Below, piece after piece: positions 12,759-27,464 of a stretch of 64,000 nt of DNA. Under the pieces are notes generated by a model. The model did not search any database and had not been told where the DNA came from. It was given only the letters and a program-made list of their open reading frames with translations. Positions within the stretch are counted from its first letter, which is position 1; the number at the start of each line of letters is the position of its first letter. The stretch comes from the human T2T-CHM13v2.0 reference genome, Homo sapiens. The position numbers and the translations under genes are program-made. The DNA lies in assembly GCF_009914755.1 (NCBI RefSeq), contig NC_060937.1. One strand, written 5' to 3'.

Positions 12759-15700
12759 CATCCAAATATGGCTGTCCTGGATGGGATTTGCCCAATGTCG
12801 TAGGTGATAGAAAACTCGCCTACTCCACTGCAGAACTTGCAGAATGCGTGGTGTTAATCTACAGAGAACTGCAGCCCTTATTCAGAATTGAGCAGTGATT
12901 GTCAGTTGATATCTCTGAGTAACATTTGGGTTCAGTAACTACAGTTTTCACCATTTGTCCTCAGTCTCCTTTATGCATCTGCAACTTTAAGGCATAGTCC
13001 ATCGATCTACAGGGTGATCTCATTTGAAAGCTATGATGGCATTGTCGCTGAGTTGACAGAAGCAACTATTGTACAAATTAAAAATAACCATAAGGGAGAA
13101 ACCAGAAGAATTCCTCTGACCACTTACAATTAAAATATTTTGTCTTCTTTAAAAAAATAAGTAAAGGAGAAATATTTTCCTACAAGAGTACTGAATTTCA
13201 GGAAATGGGATAGAGCTTCTAACCAGTGTATTCCGTCAAGTAAGATAATAACAGCTGACCTGCCAACAGCATTACAGGGAGATTCTTTGCTCAGCTAACA
13301 CATTTCTGTTTTTCAAAATTGATGCTTAATTGTAGCTGTTATTCTAATTTGTGACATGGAACTAACTCATGCTTCAATCCTTGATAGAGCAAAACTCAGA
13401 ACAGGTTATGTAAAAATATAGTCTGGCTTTAGAATTTGTTAATTCACCTGCTTTGCCACAGAAAATGGAGGCTTTCACAAGGGTTTGATCAGAATTAAAA
13501 CCCCAAACCCGCCCTCTGTTAGGGGTGGTCTTTATAACTTTACTGAACAAGAGGGAAGCAACTGTGATGGGAAGAGATTACCTAGCCTTACTAACAAGAA
13601 GCATTCTAATAGATAAACTAGTACCATCATGTAAGGAAGATGAAGCCATGTTGCATCCACATGTTCCCGTTTGCAGAAACCTCACAGGACAGTACGAATA
13701 TCTGGCATTTTTAAGTTCATTAAAGCAGCAAATTCCTTCTCGCCTTTAAGGGCTATGGTTGTAGTGTGACCCGTGGCTAACCTGCTTTCAAAATCAAGTA
13801 TTTGCTGTAGCAGAGCTTTATTGCAGGCATTTTAAAAATTGAATAACCATGTGAAATAATTTGGGCTTAAAAGTGAACATAAATTATAGAGTGGAAGGTA
13901 AGGGACAAAAGCCTTTTACCTTTAATTTTCCTGGAGAATTATATAAAGGTTTTCTTAGAACAATTTTGCCCTGATTACTGAAGCGTCAAATAAAGCTGGA
14001 GTGAAAATTTTGTTTTGAAAAGGTGCTCAAGCTCTGACATTTTTGGTTTTCATAGTCGTGAAGTATTTATCATTTGCATGACTAATGGCACAGGAAAAAC
14101 CTATTCATAAGTTTTACAATCAAGTATAGAGGGGTCTTCAGCTAACTTAGTTATACATAAATGCTGAAAAGATTATCTTGAGCTGGGCCTTGGGAGAAGA
14201 ATTTGGCCTTCAGAACTGCAATATCACTGAGCCTGCGATCTATACACCACCCCACATTTTGTTGGTTTCACAGTCTTGTGCAAGTAACCTCTGGTCTTAC
14301 GTGTGTAACTGAGAGAAGAGTGTGTGTTTGTGTGTGCATGTGTGTTTATTGTTCCTAAGAATTTGGCACAAGTCAGAGATAATTGCCTATACTAAGAATC
14401 TATACTGCAGAATATAGTGTATCAAAAACTTTTTTCTTTTAAATTATTAAAGTGTCTTTTATACTTTTATGAAATCATTGGTAGCCCCCCAAGTGTTTAA
14501 TAACTGGCATTAAGCTTAGAGGGTGAAAAAAAAAAAAAAGATTGATAGTATTTTTCATAATGAAAAAACTGAAGAGATACGTGAATGAAACCAGGCCATA
14601 GCTGTCATAAATCTTTGACTTTTGAATATTTACATTCTTCAGTATAATTTTTTATAATCCTCAATTATGAACCACCTTGTTTATAGGACAAAAAAATTTA
14701 ACCAATTTTATTGAAACGAATTTCACTGTGTAAAAGTTGGTTTGATTCAAACATGTAGAGAAGTTGTAGATTCAAGATATATGATTTCTCTATGGAAATA
14801 AAAATATTTGTTAGTGAATTGGTTGAGTTTTGATTCCTCTAACTTCTCAGAATGATTCTTTAGAATTCTATAATTCATAGCAATTTTTGACAAGTAAGAT
14901 TGCAAAATAGAAATATCTATAAAGATTCCACAGTTTGACATTATGGCTTGCTATGCAGATGTGAAAATAGGTTAAATAATATGAAAGATATGGCAGAATG
15001 TAAAGTGGAAAAGATGACCTAAAATTTTGAGTTGTATTAATAGTTAAAAACATTTGTGTCAGATGACAGGGTGGGCTTTTACTGTCAAGACATGAATAAG
15101 AACTGATCTGGCTGCCTGATGAGTGTTTCCACGCAGCCCTGCATATTTAGTGACCAAGGCATCAAGGACATCCCGAAACTGGAAATTCATATCCATCTGG
15201 TATGAATATATAACTCAGCTGGCAAATGAATGTGTTTGTTGAGATATTACAGTAATAAAACACTTAAGAACAGGAAGATTACATTTGTTGGCATACGAAA
15301 CCTTAGTGGCTACAGAAGAAAGTTGACCTTGTGTCACTATTTATTTTATGCCCTGATCAGACTAGCAACTTAGATAAGTGAAAGTTTTTCTAACATGCCT
15401 TAAAAATATTATGGTTTGATCCAAAGACCCACTTTTTCTTTAGCTCTTGTGATAAGATTTTCTTTTTTTTACTTTTATACAAAGGCAGCATCTTTGAATT
15501 TTTTTTTCTTTTGATGTTGCAACTTTTGGGTTCTTTTAAACTGTGATAGTGATGGTAACTGATGCCTTTCATTTTGTTCAACTTATACAAAACAAGCCAG
15601 CATCTGATCAAAAGTATTACATAAAATATTTTCTTAAACTATTGAAAGGTGCTTTGATGATTTTCTCCTTTGGTTTGTAGAATTAGGACTGAACTTTTGA

Positions 15701-17445
15701 CTCAAATTGCTACAGTTGCCATCACCTTTCTGTGGTAATACTACTGATATTTGCTTTTCTATATAAAGAAATGTTGCCTAAGGCTGTCTGGTATTTCTTT
15801 TCAAGGGTTTTCCAGTATGAATGTTAATGTTGTCAGTGTATGTATGAATATGAAAGTGCTTTGTTTTGTTTGTTGCTGTTTTTTGTTTATGTGTGTGTTT
15901 TTAATTTTTTTGTTCTTATCAGCAGTCTTGTGTTAGCACTGGGTAAGCTTTAATTGTCCCTTAGCCAATCAAACATTAAGGACTATGGAGGTCTTTTTTT
16001 TTTTTATTTAACATGTCATTGTTCATCTATTAAATCTTGATCAGGGTTTCAAGAATGACTGCAGTGGGTTTTGGAAACAGACTTATCATTATTGATTTGA
16101 GGTTTCCCAGAGATATAGTTCACAGTTAATTGTTGCGCTCTAATACAACTGACCATTTAAAATTGAACAAGTTTATTGTTTTGTAACAATGTCAGTTGTT
16201 AAACCTTGACATTTCAATTAAAACATGAATTGTAGTTATAACTCAATGCAAATTCAACAGTTGTATTTGGAGTTAAATTATTTTAACAAATAAATTTATT
16301 TAATGAAACTCTGGATTTGCTTTGTTTTGTACATGCTCATGAGAGAAATGTATTATATACAAAAACAATTAAAAATTGCCATATAATGAATTTAGTACTC
16401 TTCATACAAAAATATTTTAGCTGATTTGAGAGTTCATCATATAAAAAGGCAGGTAGGTAGATAATTTTCATAGTCTTTAAAAATAAAAATAACATGTAAG
16501 AGACTGTAAAATCAGTTATTATAAATATAAACTTATCTCTACAAATGATTTTATATTTTGAATGGTAGCTGGTTAATTTAAAGCCTGATGCTAAGGTTAA
16601 CAGAATTGTTCAAATAATTAACATTAATTAGCAATATCACTAAAATGATTCAGAGGCCTTCTAGTGATGGCTTGAAGCCGTCTTTCTGTTTTCAGGTCAT
16701 GTGGATCCGAAGGTGCCAGAAGCTGAAGGTTGCCGCCAGGCTGTAGGGCCTGCTTGTTCTATATGGGGCCCTATGAAAGTTGACAGATGCTGTTAATTGT
16801 ATACAGCCTTCAGCTGCTCTGATAAGGAGCCCATTCATTTCCTAAGCCAATTTAAACTATGCCTTTTGGTTATGTTGCCTTCAAACTCTGTTGAAATCCT
16901 CTGGCAGCATTCCACCAGTTGAGAAGCTTCATTGTTTTAGATTATAAGAATAATTTGAATGAATATAACAGAGGCACTGTAGATAGAATCCCAGATATTT
17001 AAAGGAAAACATGCCTATATTTTAGGAATATCTTCTGAAGAACTTCATAATTTTATTTGAAGTGTTTGTAAATTTTTTAATAAATTATTTAAATGTATCA
17101 ATAGTGGATAGTTGGAAGAACGTCTTTGAGGCTAAAAAGTAGTACTCTGAAATTCTCTCAAGTTATATTATTTGTCTGTTAGAGGTCCACGAATGAAAAT
17201 ATATGTAGCTAAAGGAGTAAGGTGCTGCCCAATTTGGAACCCAACTGACCTCTAGGATCTATGAAGCAGAGAATATTACCACAAACTTCTGAAAGAAGCT
17301 GTTGACCTCGTTTCTTAATTTAAAATATGTTGCCACATAAATACTAATAAAACATAGTTGCTCTTCATCTCTTAAATGGATCATTCCAACTGGTTTTACA
17401 TCGTTGAATATTATCTAGTATTTTTAATAAATATTTTCATAAATA
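12759..17445 (+). other. RAP2A: RAP2A 3' UTR with alternative ends (~16310 and ~17445 most plausible)
   Basis: No recognisable interspersed repeat in this AU-rich stretch after the stop. AATAAA at 13989, 14797, 15254, 16289, 16482, 17079, 17346 and 17426. Confidence 0.8.
16289..16330 (+). terminator. RAP2A: Poly(A) signal with downstream U/GU-rich element
   Basis: AATAAA at 16289-16294, upstream TGTA motifs (~16182, 16231, 16262), downstream gatttgctttgttttgt. Confidence 0.7.
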
Positions 17446-17472
17446 GTTTTTGTGGTTTTTTTGTTTGTTTTT
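17426..17472 (+). terminator. RAP2A: Distal poly(A) signal; downstream element formed by an Alu tail
   Basis: AATAAA at 17426-17431 followed by gtttttgtggtttttttgtttgttttt. Confidence 0.6.
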
Positions 17473-17750
17473 GAGACAGTCTCGCTCTGTCACCCAGGCT
17501 GGAGTGCAGTGGTGTGATCTTTGCTCACTGCAAGCTCCCTCCCGGGTTCACACCACTCTCCTGCCTCAGCCTCCCAAGTAGCTGGGACCACAGGTGCCCA
17601 TCACCATGCCTGGCTAATTTTTTGTATTTTTTAGTAGAGACGGGGTTTCACCATGTTAGCCAGGATGGTCTCGATCTCCTGACCTTGTGATCCTCCCACC
17701 TTGGCCTCCCAAAGTGCTGGGATCACAGGCGTGAGCCACCATGCCTGGCC
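17452..17750 (-). mobile_element. Alu (AluY/Sc-like) with 13-bp TSD
   Basis: Full antisense Alu. TSD ataaatagttttt at 17439-17451 and 17752-17764. Confidence 0.95.
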
Positions 17751-18162
17751 TATAAATAGTTTTTAGATAATATTCAACATCCCCAACATCGAGGTATTGA
17801 GTTTTAAAAGATTTGCTGCTATTCTAGGTAAGACGCTGTGTTATTTCTTTCTATATTTTCTTAGTAGTCTTCATGTTAGCCTCTAAGGATTCCTCCAAGA
17901 TTTCTCAGCAGAGAAAAAGGTAGAGGACTAGCTGCTTGAAAGAGTAAATACAAAGACCTATTTAGTATGTATGAGTTGGGAATAAAACTGAAGGAAAGAT
18001 TCTTGGTTTAGCTTATGGGGATTTTTTAGTATAAGATCCTCCCATTTTAAAAACTTCAGTATCAATGATTCATATTTACAGTTTTACACTATTTTGAGTG
18101 TGATGTGCTTTTATACCTTTAAAAACATCAGGATTAGTGAAGGGAAGAAAAGGTCACCCCAA

Positions 18163-18474
<312 letters not shown>

Positions 18475-19314
18475 CTATGCACATATACATATGCAAGTAC
18501 GTGAACATAGGTAGAAGGATAAATAACTCGATGTTACTTTTGAGAAACTGGCTCTAAGTACTAAAAATGAATCACTGAAAGTCACACAGCTAATAAAGTG
18601 GCAGAGTTGAGTTTCTAACTCTGCCACTTAATTTCTAATTCTTCTAACAAGCTCCTAACTCTAAATGACCTTTTCCCCACTGTTAATCCTTTCACTTAAA
18701 TTGAATCCACTCATTCCATGCTCATTCAGCTATTATTTATTGAGAGGTTACACTTGCATCTGGCACTGCCACAATACAGAGATGGTCATCTACACATAAA
18801 CCCTGATGTCAAAGACATCCTAGTCCTGTCTTCTTGCCATTCCTTTTTCTCTTAAGGCAGATACAGTTTAGTTTACTAGCAAGAAATAATTTGTACCTTC
18901 CCTACTTTCACATGTCAGCATCCCAGTAAACCCAGGCTGAGCCGAAATTCCAGACACAGCCCCAGAGACTGCTGCTGGCTCTGTTCACTTTTCAAGATCG
19001 GTGCATCAGCCTGAGCTAGTCCCTCCCGGGATCTTGAGGTGTCTGTGGGACACAGTAGACGGGGATGGCAATACAGCAGGGCTTCAAGGCTCTGCTGTTA
19101 CAGGCTGGGTCTACTTCTCAGGAAGAATTCAGAGTAAAAATAGGATTAGTGAGGGGCAGTGGGGATACAGAGGCAGGTTGGGGACAGCAGGGCAAAGGGT
19201 TCTATGTATCAGATACTACACTGAAGAATAAATGCTGGGTCCATGCCTATAGTTAAATACCAGGTGTTTTTAGGTTTTAGTGAGTTTTTTTAGTTTAAAA
19301 TGTTGGTTTGTTCA

Positions 19315-19962
<648 letters not shown>

Positions 19963-19994
19963 AGAAAAGAGAGAGGGAGAAGAGGAGAGGAGGC

Positions 19995-21080
19995 AATCTA
20001 CAGTTGATGGACATTGGAGTCATTCCCAGTTTGAGTCTATCATGAATAAAGCTGCTATGAACATCTGTGTACATGACTTTTGGTGGATAGACACAATACT
20101 CACTCCTAGGTCACTATCTAGGAGGGGAATTGCTGAACTACAAGACTTGATTGTCAACTTTGGTAAACATTGATAGTTTTATCAAGTGGTTGTACCAGTT
20201 TACATAAACAAGCAACGTGTGAGTACTCCAGTTGCACCATGTCACAGGATGGATTGCCTGGGAAGAGGGCTGTGATACAGAGCTTAGTGTGCAGGATGCT
20301 TATTACCAAATGTCCTTGGGATTAACTCCTGTGGAAGGGAGTAGAGGAAGTAAGATTGGCCAGAGGGAGAAGTTGTGTGATGCAGGGCCAACAACCCCCA
20401 GACAGAGGGAGTTAGAATGGGGCCCTTAGAATTGTCCTGAGTTGGGCTCAGATGGTTTAGTCCTCTGTACCCTCTGCCTGTCAGTCACTGTGACCTTGAA
20501 CAAGATGCAGAGGCAATCCCTGAAGGATCAGAGAGTGAAGGTTGTCAGCATTCTCAGCAGCAGGGCAGCAGTTACTTGACTGAAAGGAGGTCCAGGTGGT
20601 GCCTCATGGCATCTACCAACTCCACCTTCCACACACATACCTGGCACTGTCAGGCTTTGTCATTTTTCATTTCATTATTCTGGTGGGAGCGTGGTGGTAT
20701 GGCATTGTGGATTTCACTTCATGTTTCTCTAAGGCCAATATATTTATATGCTTATTGGTCATTGGTTACCCTCTTTTGTGAAATGGCTATTTATGTTTTT
20801 TGCCCATTGAGTAAATGTTTTGTTTACTGTTTCATGAAGTGACTCAAAAAAGATTTATTTAATCTTTTACTTACATATTTGTAGGAGTTCTTTACATTTT
20901 CTGGACACGTGTTTATAAGTACAGTGTACTATCCCAGTCTGAAGCTTGCCTTTTCACACTCTTGTTGATATCTCCTGATAAACAGAAGTCCTCACTTTTA
21001 ATGAAGTCAATGCACCAATCTTTTATTTGATGGTTAACTGTTTTTGTGTTCTTTTAAAGAAATCTTTGCCTACTTTAGGG
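19995..21080 (-). mobile_element. Old L1M fragment interrupted by an ERVL-class LTR relic (~20240-20630)
   Basis: gaataaagctgctatgaacat and ggtatggcattgtggatttcac are L1 motifs. The insert agagcttagtgtgcaggatgcttatt...cctgtggaagggag...agagggagaagt resembles old ERVL LTRs. Confidence 0.6.
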
Positions 21081-21259
21081 TTGTTCTTGACCTCCAGCCC
21101 CTCAGGGGTATGCTGAGTTGACCTTATGAATATGATAATAGGAAAATAACCATTGTAATCATACAGTTTATTGAACAGTGATACACCAACCATCATCATC
21201 AGTCTTTGTTTCATATTATTGATGAAATATTTAAACATTAATAGAGCTGGCTCTTGGCC

Positions 21260-21510
21260 AGTGTTTCTGCAAATGTGTTCCATCAAGTACTAATGTTGAA
21301 TAGGAAAAAGATTTCCATGGTCGAATAAGTTTGAGAAACACCTGCTTAAACAAAGTTAAATAGGCTCTTGTGGTTTTCAATATCCTAATGTGGATTATGT
21401 AACATTGTGAGATATAAATACATTATGTTCTGCAAACTATTTAACCATAGGATGCTAGCTTTTCTTAGAACATGTCACAGGACTAGTATTTCATAGTTTG
21501 GTAAATACTT
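21260..21510. mobile_element. Probable hAT-Charlie relic
   Basis: cagtgtttctgcaaatgtgttcc ... agtttggtaaatact termini. Confidence 0.5.
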
Positions 21511-21519
21511 CGCAAGGCA

Positions 21520-22100
21520 AAGGGTATGATGTCCAACAAAAAACAGCTTAATAAAAAACTGAATCTGAGAGTTCATAGTGAAATTAAAAAATAATAATAA
21601 GGATGAGCCATTTATAGGATACTAGCTAATAGATATGGAAAACAGAACCAAGAAGTCATCCCTTCCAATCCTCCACATCAAAGTAGATTCAGGGAAGGAT
21701 CAGCAATCAGCAATGCTGAGGCCATTGGGTGGAAGGGTTAGAGGGAAACATATATTCACAAATTACTTCTTACTTGCCAAGGGAAAGAGGTAGCCTTTCA
21801 GTGATAAGAACTGGCGGACACCACATGAACCAGGTGATCAAACCAAGCACTACCAACAAAGGGACAAAAGTCTATCATGGGCCCCTCTATGACACAAAAG
21901 GAAGCACCCAATGTCACCTATGTGGTATCTTCACCTGGATCGAATCATGGAGAAACAATCAGACAAATCCACATCATGAGACACGCCACAAAAATAGGTT
22001 TGGATGCTTCCAAACTGTCAATGTCTTGAAAGACAAAAATAATGGGATGGGGGGTTAAGGGGCTGTGCTAGATATAAGGAGACTAAAGAGATTTTTTTTA
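21520..22100 (+). mobile_element. L1MC-type 3' UTR remnant
   Basis: ggagaaacaatcagacaaatcc and aaactgtcaatgtcttgaaagacaaa motifs. Confidence 0.55.
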
Positions 22101-22246
22101 AAGAAAATAATGCATCCTAACATTTTTCCAACCTCCATCTTTCAAATGTGCAACATAGCTCCATCAAATTCTACTGTGTATAGAGACTCTCAAAAGAAGG
22201 AAAATGTGGCCCTCCCCTTAACAGGATGCATCAGAATCCATGTGGC

Positions 22247-22556
22247 GGCCAGGCGTGGTGGCTCACGCCTGTAATCCCAGCACTTTGGGAGGCTGAGGCG
22301 GGTGGATCACGAGGTCAGGAGATCGAGGCCATCCTGGCTAACAACATGGTGAAATCCTGTCTCTACTAAAAATACAAAAAATTAGCCGGGTGTGGTGGTG
22401 GGCGCCTATAGTCTCAGCTACTCAGGAGGCTGAGGCAGGAGAATGGCGTGAACCCAGAAGGCGGAGCCTGCAGTGAGCCAAGATGGCACCACTACACTCC
22501 AGTATGGGTGACAGAGTGAGACTCCGTCTCAAAAAAACAAACAAACAAACAAAAAA
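22247..22556 (+). mobile_element. AluY/Sc-like element
   Basis: Full Alu with (CAAA)n tail. Imperfect TSD aatccatgtggc / aatacatgtggc. Confidence 0.93.
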
Positions 22557-24026
22557 TACATGTGGCTCACTGTAGAAAAAGCCAGTCTTTCCCCTGCCCT
22601 GGAAATCTGGGAACCTCCTTCCATTGCAGATTGAGCTCTACTCCTTTCCCACTGAGAATCCCTGGATTAAGCTAGGTGTTCCTTGTAACATAAGTGAGAC
22701 TCTCAATACTCACTGCCCAGAGAGCCCGACTGCTGATCTTTTGCTGCCTTTATGGTTGACCAAGGCACTGCTGTCCTGGGGCAACAGCAAGAGCAAACCA
22801 GTAATTGCAGAGTTTATGCCATGAAAGCTGAATGGAAGAGGTGGGGCTAGACATGTATGGGCCCCTTAAACCAATTCAGCTGTGTCTACTCTTCCTTCCC
22901 TGCTCCTTCCCTCTTTTCATTCCTTCTTTTGCCTCATGTGCCACGAGGACCTTTCTGTAGCCCCGTGTCAGTGGATTTTCTCCACATCCTAAACATAGAC
23001 AATTGCTAATTAAGTCATTCACATTATTTCCGTTTGAGAATGATTTTGGCCTGTTGATTGTTTTTCTAGCAATAAACATCTTTCTGGAAGAGGAATTAGC
23101 TCACTTGAGCAGCTGGTTTCAACAACTCCCTGCATTTTCCTTCAGCACCCAGGGACATGTGATTTGTAACTAAAACAAAATAAAAATGCACAAACTCTTC
23201 TCATTCACTCATACCAATAGTATTCGCTGTGTAATTTTTTCAAATGACCGACTTCTTTCCAAATATACACAACAAAACTGGTCAGCATTAAAACTGCGAG
23301 GACAGTGGTTGTCACTGTTTGCCATTAGATCTGTCAACTCCTTTGTGGAGCCTCTCAAAGCTGCCCATGGCCATAGCCTTGGGCCTGGGGTTGGAGTGGA
23401 GAAGAGCTGGCAGAAATGGCTGCGGACTGGAACCCGGCTGGAGAACCAGGGCAGGTACTTCTTGGGAAGGACCAAGGGAGAGTCCTTAAAGGGTAACCTG
23501 ACAGCGTCCTCAGGGAGGAAATGTGATCCTAAGTGGAAAACCATAAATAATGACTCCTCTGCTCACGACTCAAAGGAATTCCAAATAGTAGCAACAGAAT
23601 ACATCTTTCCTTTTCATCTTATCTGAAGAGTTGCTAATGTTTCTTTAAGATGACTGTGTCCTCTTTTTCTTCATACAATGACTTGTCACTTCAGTCCTGA
23701 ACAAATATTGTCTGATATATTAGCATATCAGTGGCTTAGAAAAATATAAAGGTAAAATGTACTAGAGCTGAACAATATAGATCCCCTAGTCACTCACTTT
23801 TAATTACATTTGGATGGATTATTCATTGCCATGGAAACTCTCTACCCTTACCAAAATTTTTAGGCAAGGATCTCCTCCAAGTTTCACAGTTCTGTGTCTT
23901 AAAGACATTTCTTGTTCTATTTATGAGTTTAGAAGCTATGCGGCAATTTCCCATTGGGATAGCATGCAACTGTAGCTGCTGTCAGTTGCTCAAGACAGTT
24001 AATATAAAAGATATTGCACCAGAGAT

Positions 24027-24958
24027 TGTGAGTGAAGTAGTGGGTGTACCAACACATTCCATGATTCCAGCACTGGTTTTGACCGCCACCTTATAATTTT
24101 TTCACCCAAGGTCCAGCTCTACCAAGTACAATATGCTTTTAAGGCTATTAACCAGGGTGGCCTTACATCAGTAGCTGTCAGAAAGAAAGATTGTGCAGTA
24201 ATTGTCACACACAAGATAGTACCTGACAAATTATTGGATTCCAGGACTCACTTATTCAAGATGACCAAAAACACTGGCCGTGTGATCACAGGAGTGACAG
24301 CTGACAGCAGATCCCGGGAACAGAGGGCGCAATATAAGGCAGCTAATTGCAAATACAAGTATGGCTATTAGATTCCTGTGGACATGCTGTGTAAAAGGAA
24401 TTGCTGATATTACTCGGGTCTATACACAGAATGCTGAAATGAGGCCTCTTGGTTGTTGTATGATTTTAATTAGTATATTTGAAGAACTAGGCCCTCGGGT
24501 GTACAAGTGTGATGCTGCAGGTTACTACTGTGGGTTTAAAGCCACTGCAGCAGGAGTTAAACAAGCCGAGTCAACCAGCTTCCTTGAAGTGAAGAAGAAA
24601 TTTGCCTGGACATTTGAACACAGTGGCAACCGCAATTACATGCCTTTCTACTGTGCTATCAATGATCTAAAATCTTCAGAGACAGAAATTCGAGTAGTTA
24701 CAGTTGAAATTCCTGAATTCAGGATTCTTACATGAGCAGAGACTGACTGCACCTTGTTGTTTCAGCAGAGACTAAACATTGTCCTTAGTTTACCAAATCC
24801 GTGATGTCACTTCCTCTGTGTTTGGTAACAACAAACCAACTTTATGGAGGTCTCTGGATTGAAAAAGGAGGCTCTCCCGCTCCTCCTACCACTGAAGAGG
24901 TTAGGACTCTGTATTAGTAAAAACAATGCTTTTTGGGAAAAATGTAAAAACTAAAAAA
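24027..24958 (+). pseudogene. PSMA6P4: Processed pseudogene of proteasome subunit alpha type-6 (PSMA6); probably PSMA6P4 (paralog number from memory)
   Basis: Intronless. Encodes [59 protein letters not shown] and FRILT. Start codon is ACA at 24054, with frameshifts and deletions. Parent stop TAA at 24773-24775, then 3' UTR and decayed A-tail at 24938-24958. Confidence 0.93.
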
Positions 24959-25039
24959 CGATCGTTTGCTTTCTATTGCTACAGATTCTTTCTATATGAA
25001 ACTACTTCCTTTATTGTCTTTGGTTCAGTTGATTCATTA

Positions 25040-25268
25040 AATGGCTCTTTCCAATATGGTAGCCATTGGCCACATCCATGTATGGCTATTTAAATGTATA
25101 TTATTAAACTTAAATAAAATTAAAATACAGTTATTCAGTAGCACTAGCCACATTTCAAGTCACATTAGCCACATTCTAAGAGTTCAATAGCCATAGGTAG
25201 GTAGTGGCTACACATTAGTGTGATATACAGCATTTCCATCATTGCAGAACATTCTATTAAACAGTATT
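25040..25268. mobile_element. MER3-like hAT-Charlie element
   Basis: tccaatatggtagccattggccacat...gcactagccacatttcaagt...catttccatcattgcagaacattctatt. Confidence 0.8.
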
Positions 25269-25781
25269 ACAAATAAAAGTTTGCTTATATCAGAACTACT
25301 CAATTTTATTTGTTCAAAAACAATAAGGGACTAGAAACATATATGCAGAGCTAGCTTTATGTGTAAACAACCCTACACTTAGAAGAAATCAAAGCTCGGT
25401 TCAGTGCTCTGTTGTAGTCCTGAAATTTTTAATAATTTTGAACAAGGCTCTGAGTTCATGCACAAGGCTCTTCAAATTAAGCAGCCAGTCTTGCACTATA
25501 TAAGATGAAGCTTGGCTGTTGAATTCTTAGTTTTCACTTCCCCTGCAATTGGTTCTTTTCCAGCTGCCTTTTTTTTTAGAGCAAGGAAGAACAGTTGACA
25601 CATGAGATAAAATTCAGGTGCCTGGAATCCTTTAGACCACCTCAACAGTCTTATCAGGGATCCAGCTTTAAATAACACCTCTTAGGAATGATAAAAGCCT
25701 AAAACAATGTTTTGGCAATTCCAATACTAAGAAAAAGTTTAGCTTCTCTTAGTAACAGGTGTTTTCTACCATGAAATCTGA

Positions 25782-26137
<356 letters not shown>

Positions 26138-27097
26138 TGCCAGAGCTCATTTTTAAGATTTAGCCTGACTTGTTTTATTCTTCATCCACTCATTCCTTTA
26201 TTCTTATAACCCTTCATTCAACAAATATGAAGCATCTATTATGTATGAGACACTGTTACAGGTCTGAATAAAAAATTATGTGGCACATACCTACTGTTGC
26301 TATCTGGTAAATTATGTGCTGCAATTAACCCAACATTAATAACAGAAACAGGAGGACAGTAAAATCAAAGGCAGCCTGAGTATCATCAAGGATTTATTAG
26401 CTACTCTCCATGTTTCCATGGTCACATTAAAACAACAAAACAGAAAGAATGAACAATTCCTACTGATTCATGTACTATGTTATAAAGAGGAAAATTTCCC
26501 AAACAAATTTTGGTTAGTTTTTTTTTTTAAATATACCAACCAGATGAAGAAAAAATAGCACAGATAATAATAATATTAGTGATAATTTTGCAATTAATAC
26601 TAAAGTCACTTTCACTTGTATTAGGAACTCATTGCATGATGTACCTTTCTGAAAAATTTGATTCCCAATTATGTTTGAATTAAACTAACATTTGCATTGG
26701 TGCTGCCTTCCTGGGCTCATATGGTTCAGGTATGTATCGAATGTCAAAGGAAAGACAGCATGTGACTACACAGGCCAATGAAAATTTGCAAAGCCAGAGA
26801 CACTCATGCTGAGAACTGCAATGTCATATAAAAACACTTCTTCTCGCCTTTCAGTATCTTGGGAGGCTTTTAGAAATGCATACTACATAAACTGAATAGG
26901 AAATAAGGGCAAAGAGAATATAGTAGAAAAATAAGGAAAAAAAAACCATCACAGGTAAAGTTATTATTCACAGTGCATGACAAATGGTCCTGTATTTAAA
27001 AAAAAAAAAAATAGAAATGGAATATTGCTTGTTGCCCAGGCTGGCCTGTACTTTTGAAAGCTGAGTTCTTCATACTTAATTCTGAGTTCCCTGGTAG

Positions 27098-27464
<367 letters not shown>

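Noticed and set aside
12358-12761. Overlapping ORFs 12358-12690(+) and 12507-12761(-)
   Set aside because: Shadow frames of the RAP2A exon with no recognisable homology or independent signals.
24027-24958. Functional PSMA6 retrogene
   Set aside because: Start codon lost, with several frameshifts and deletions.
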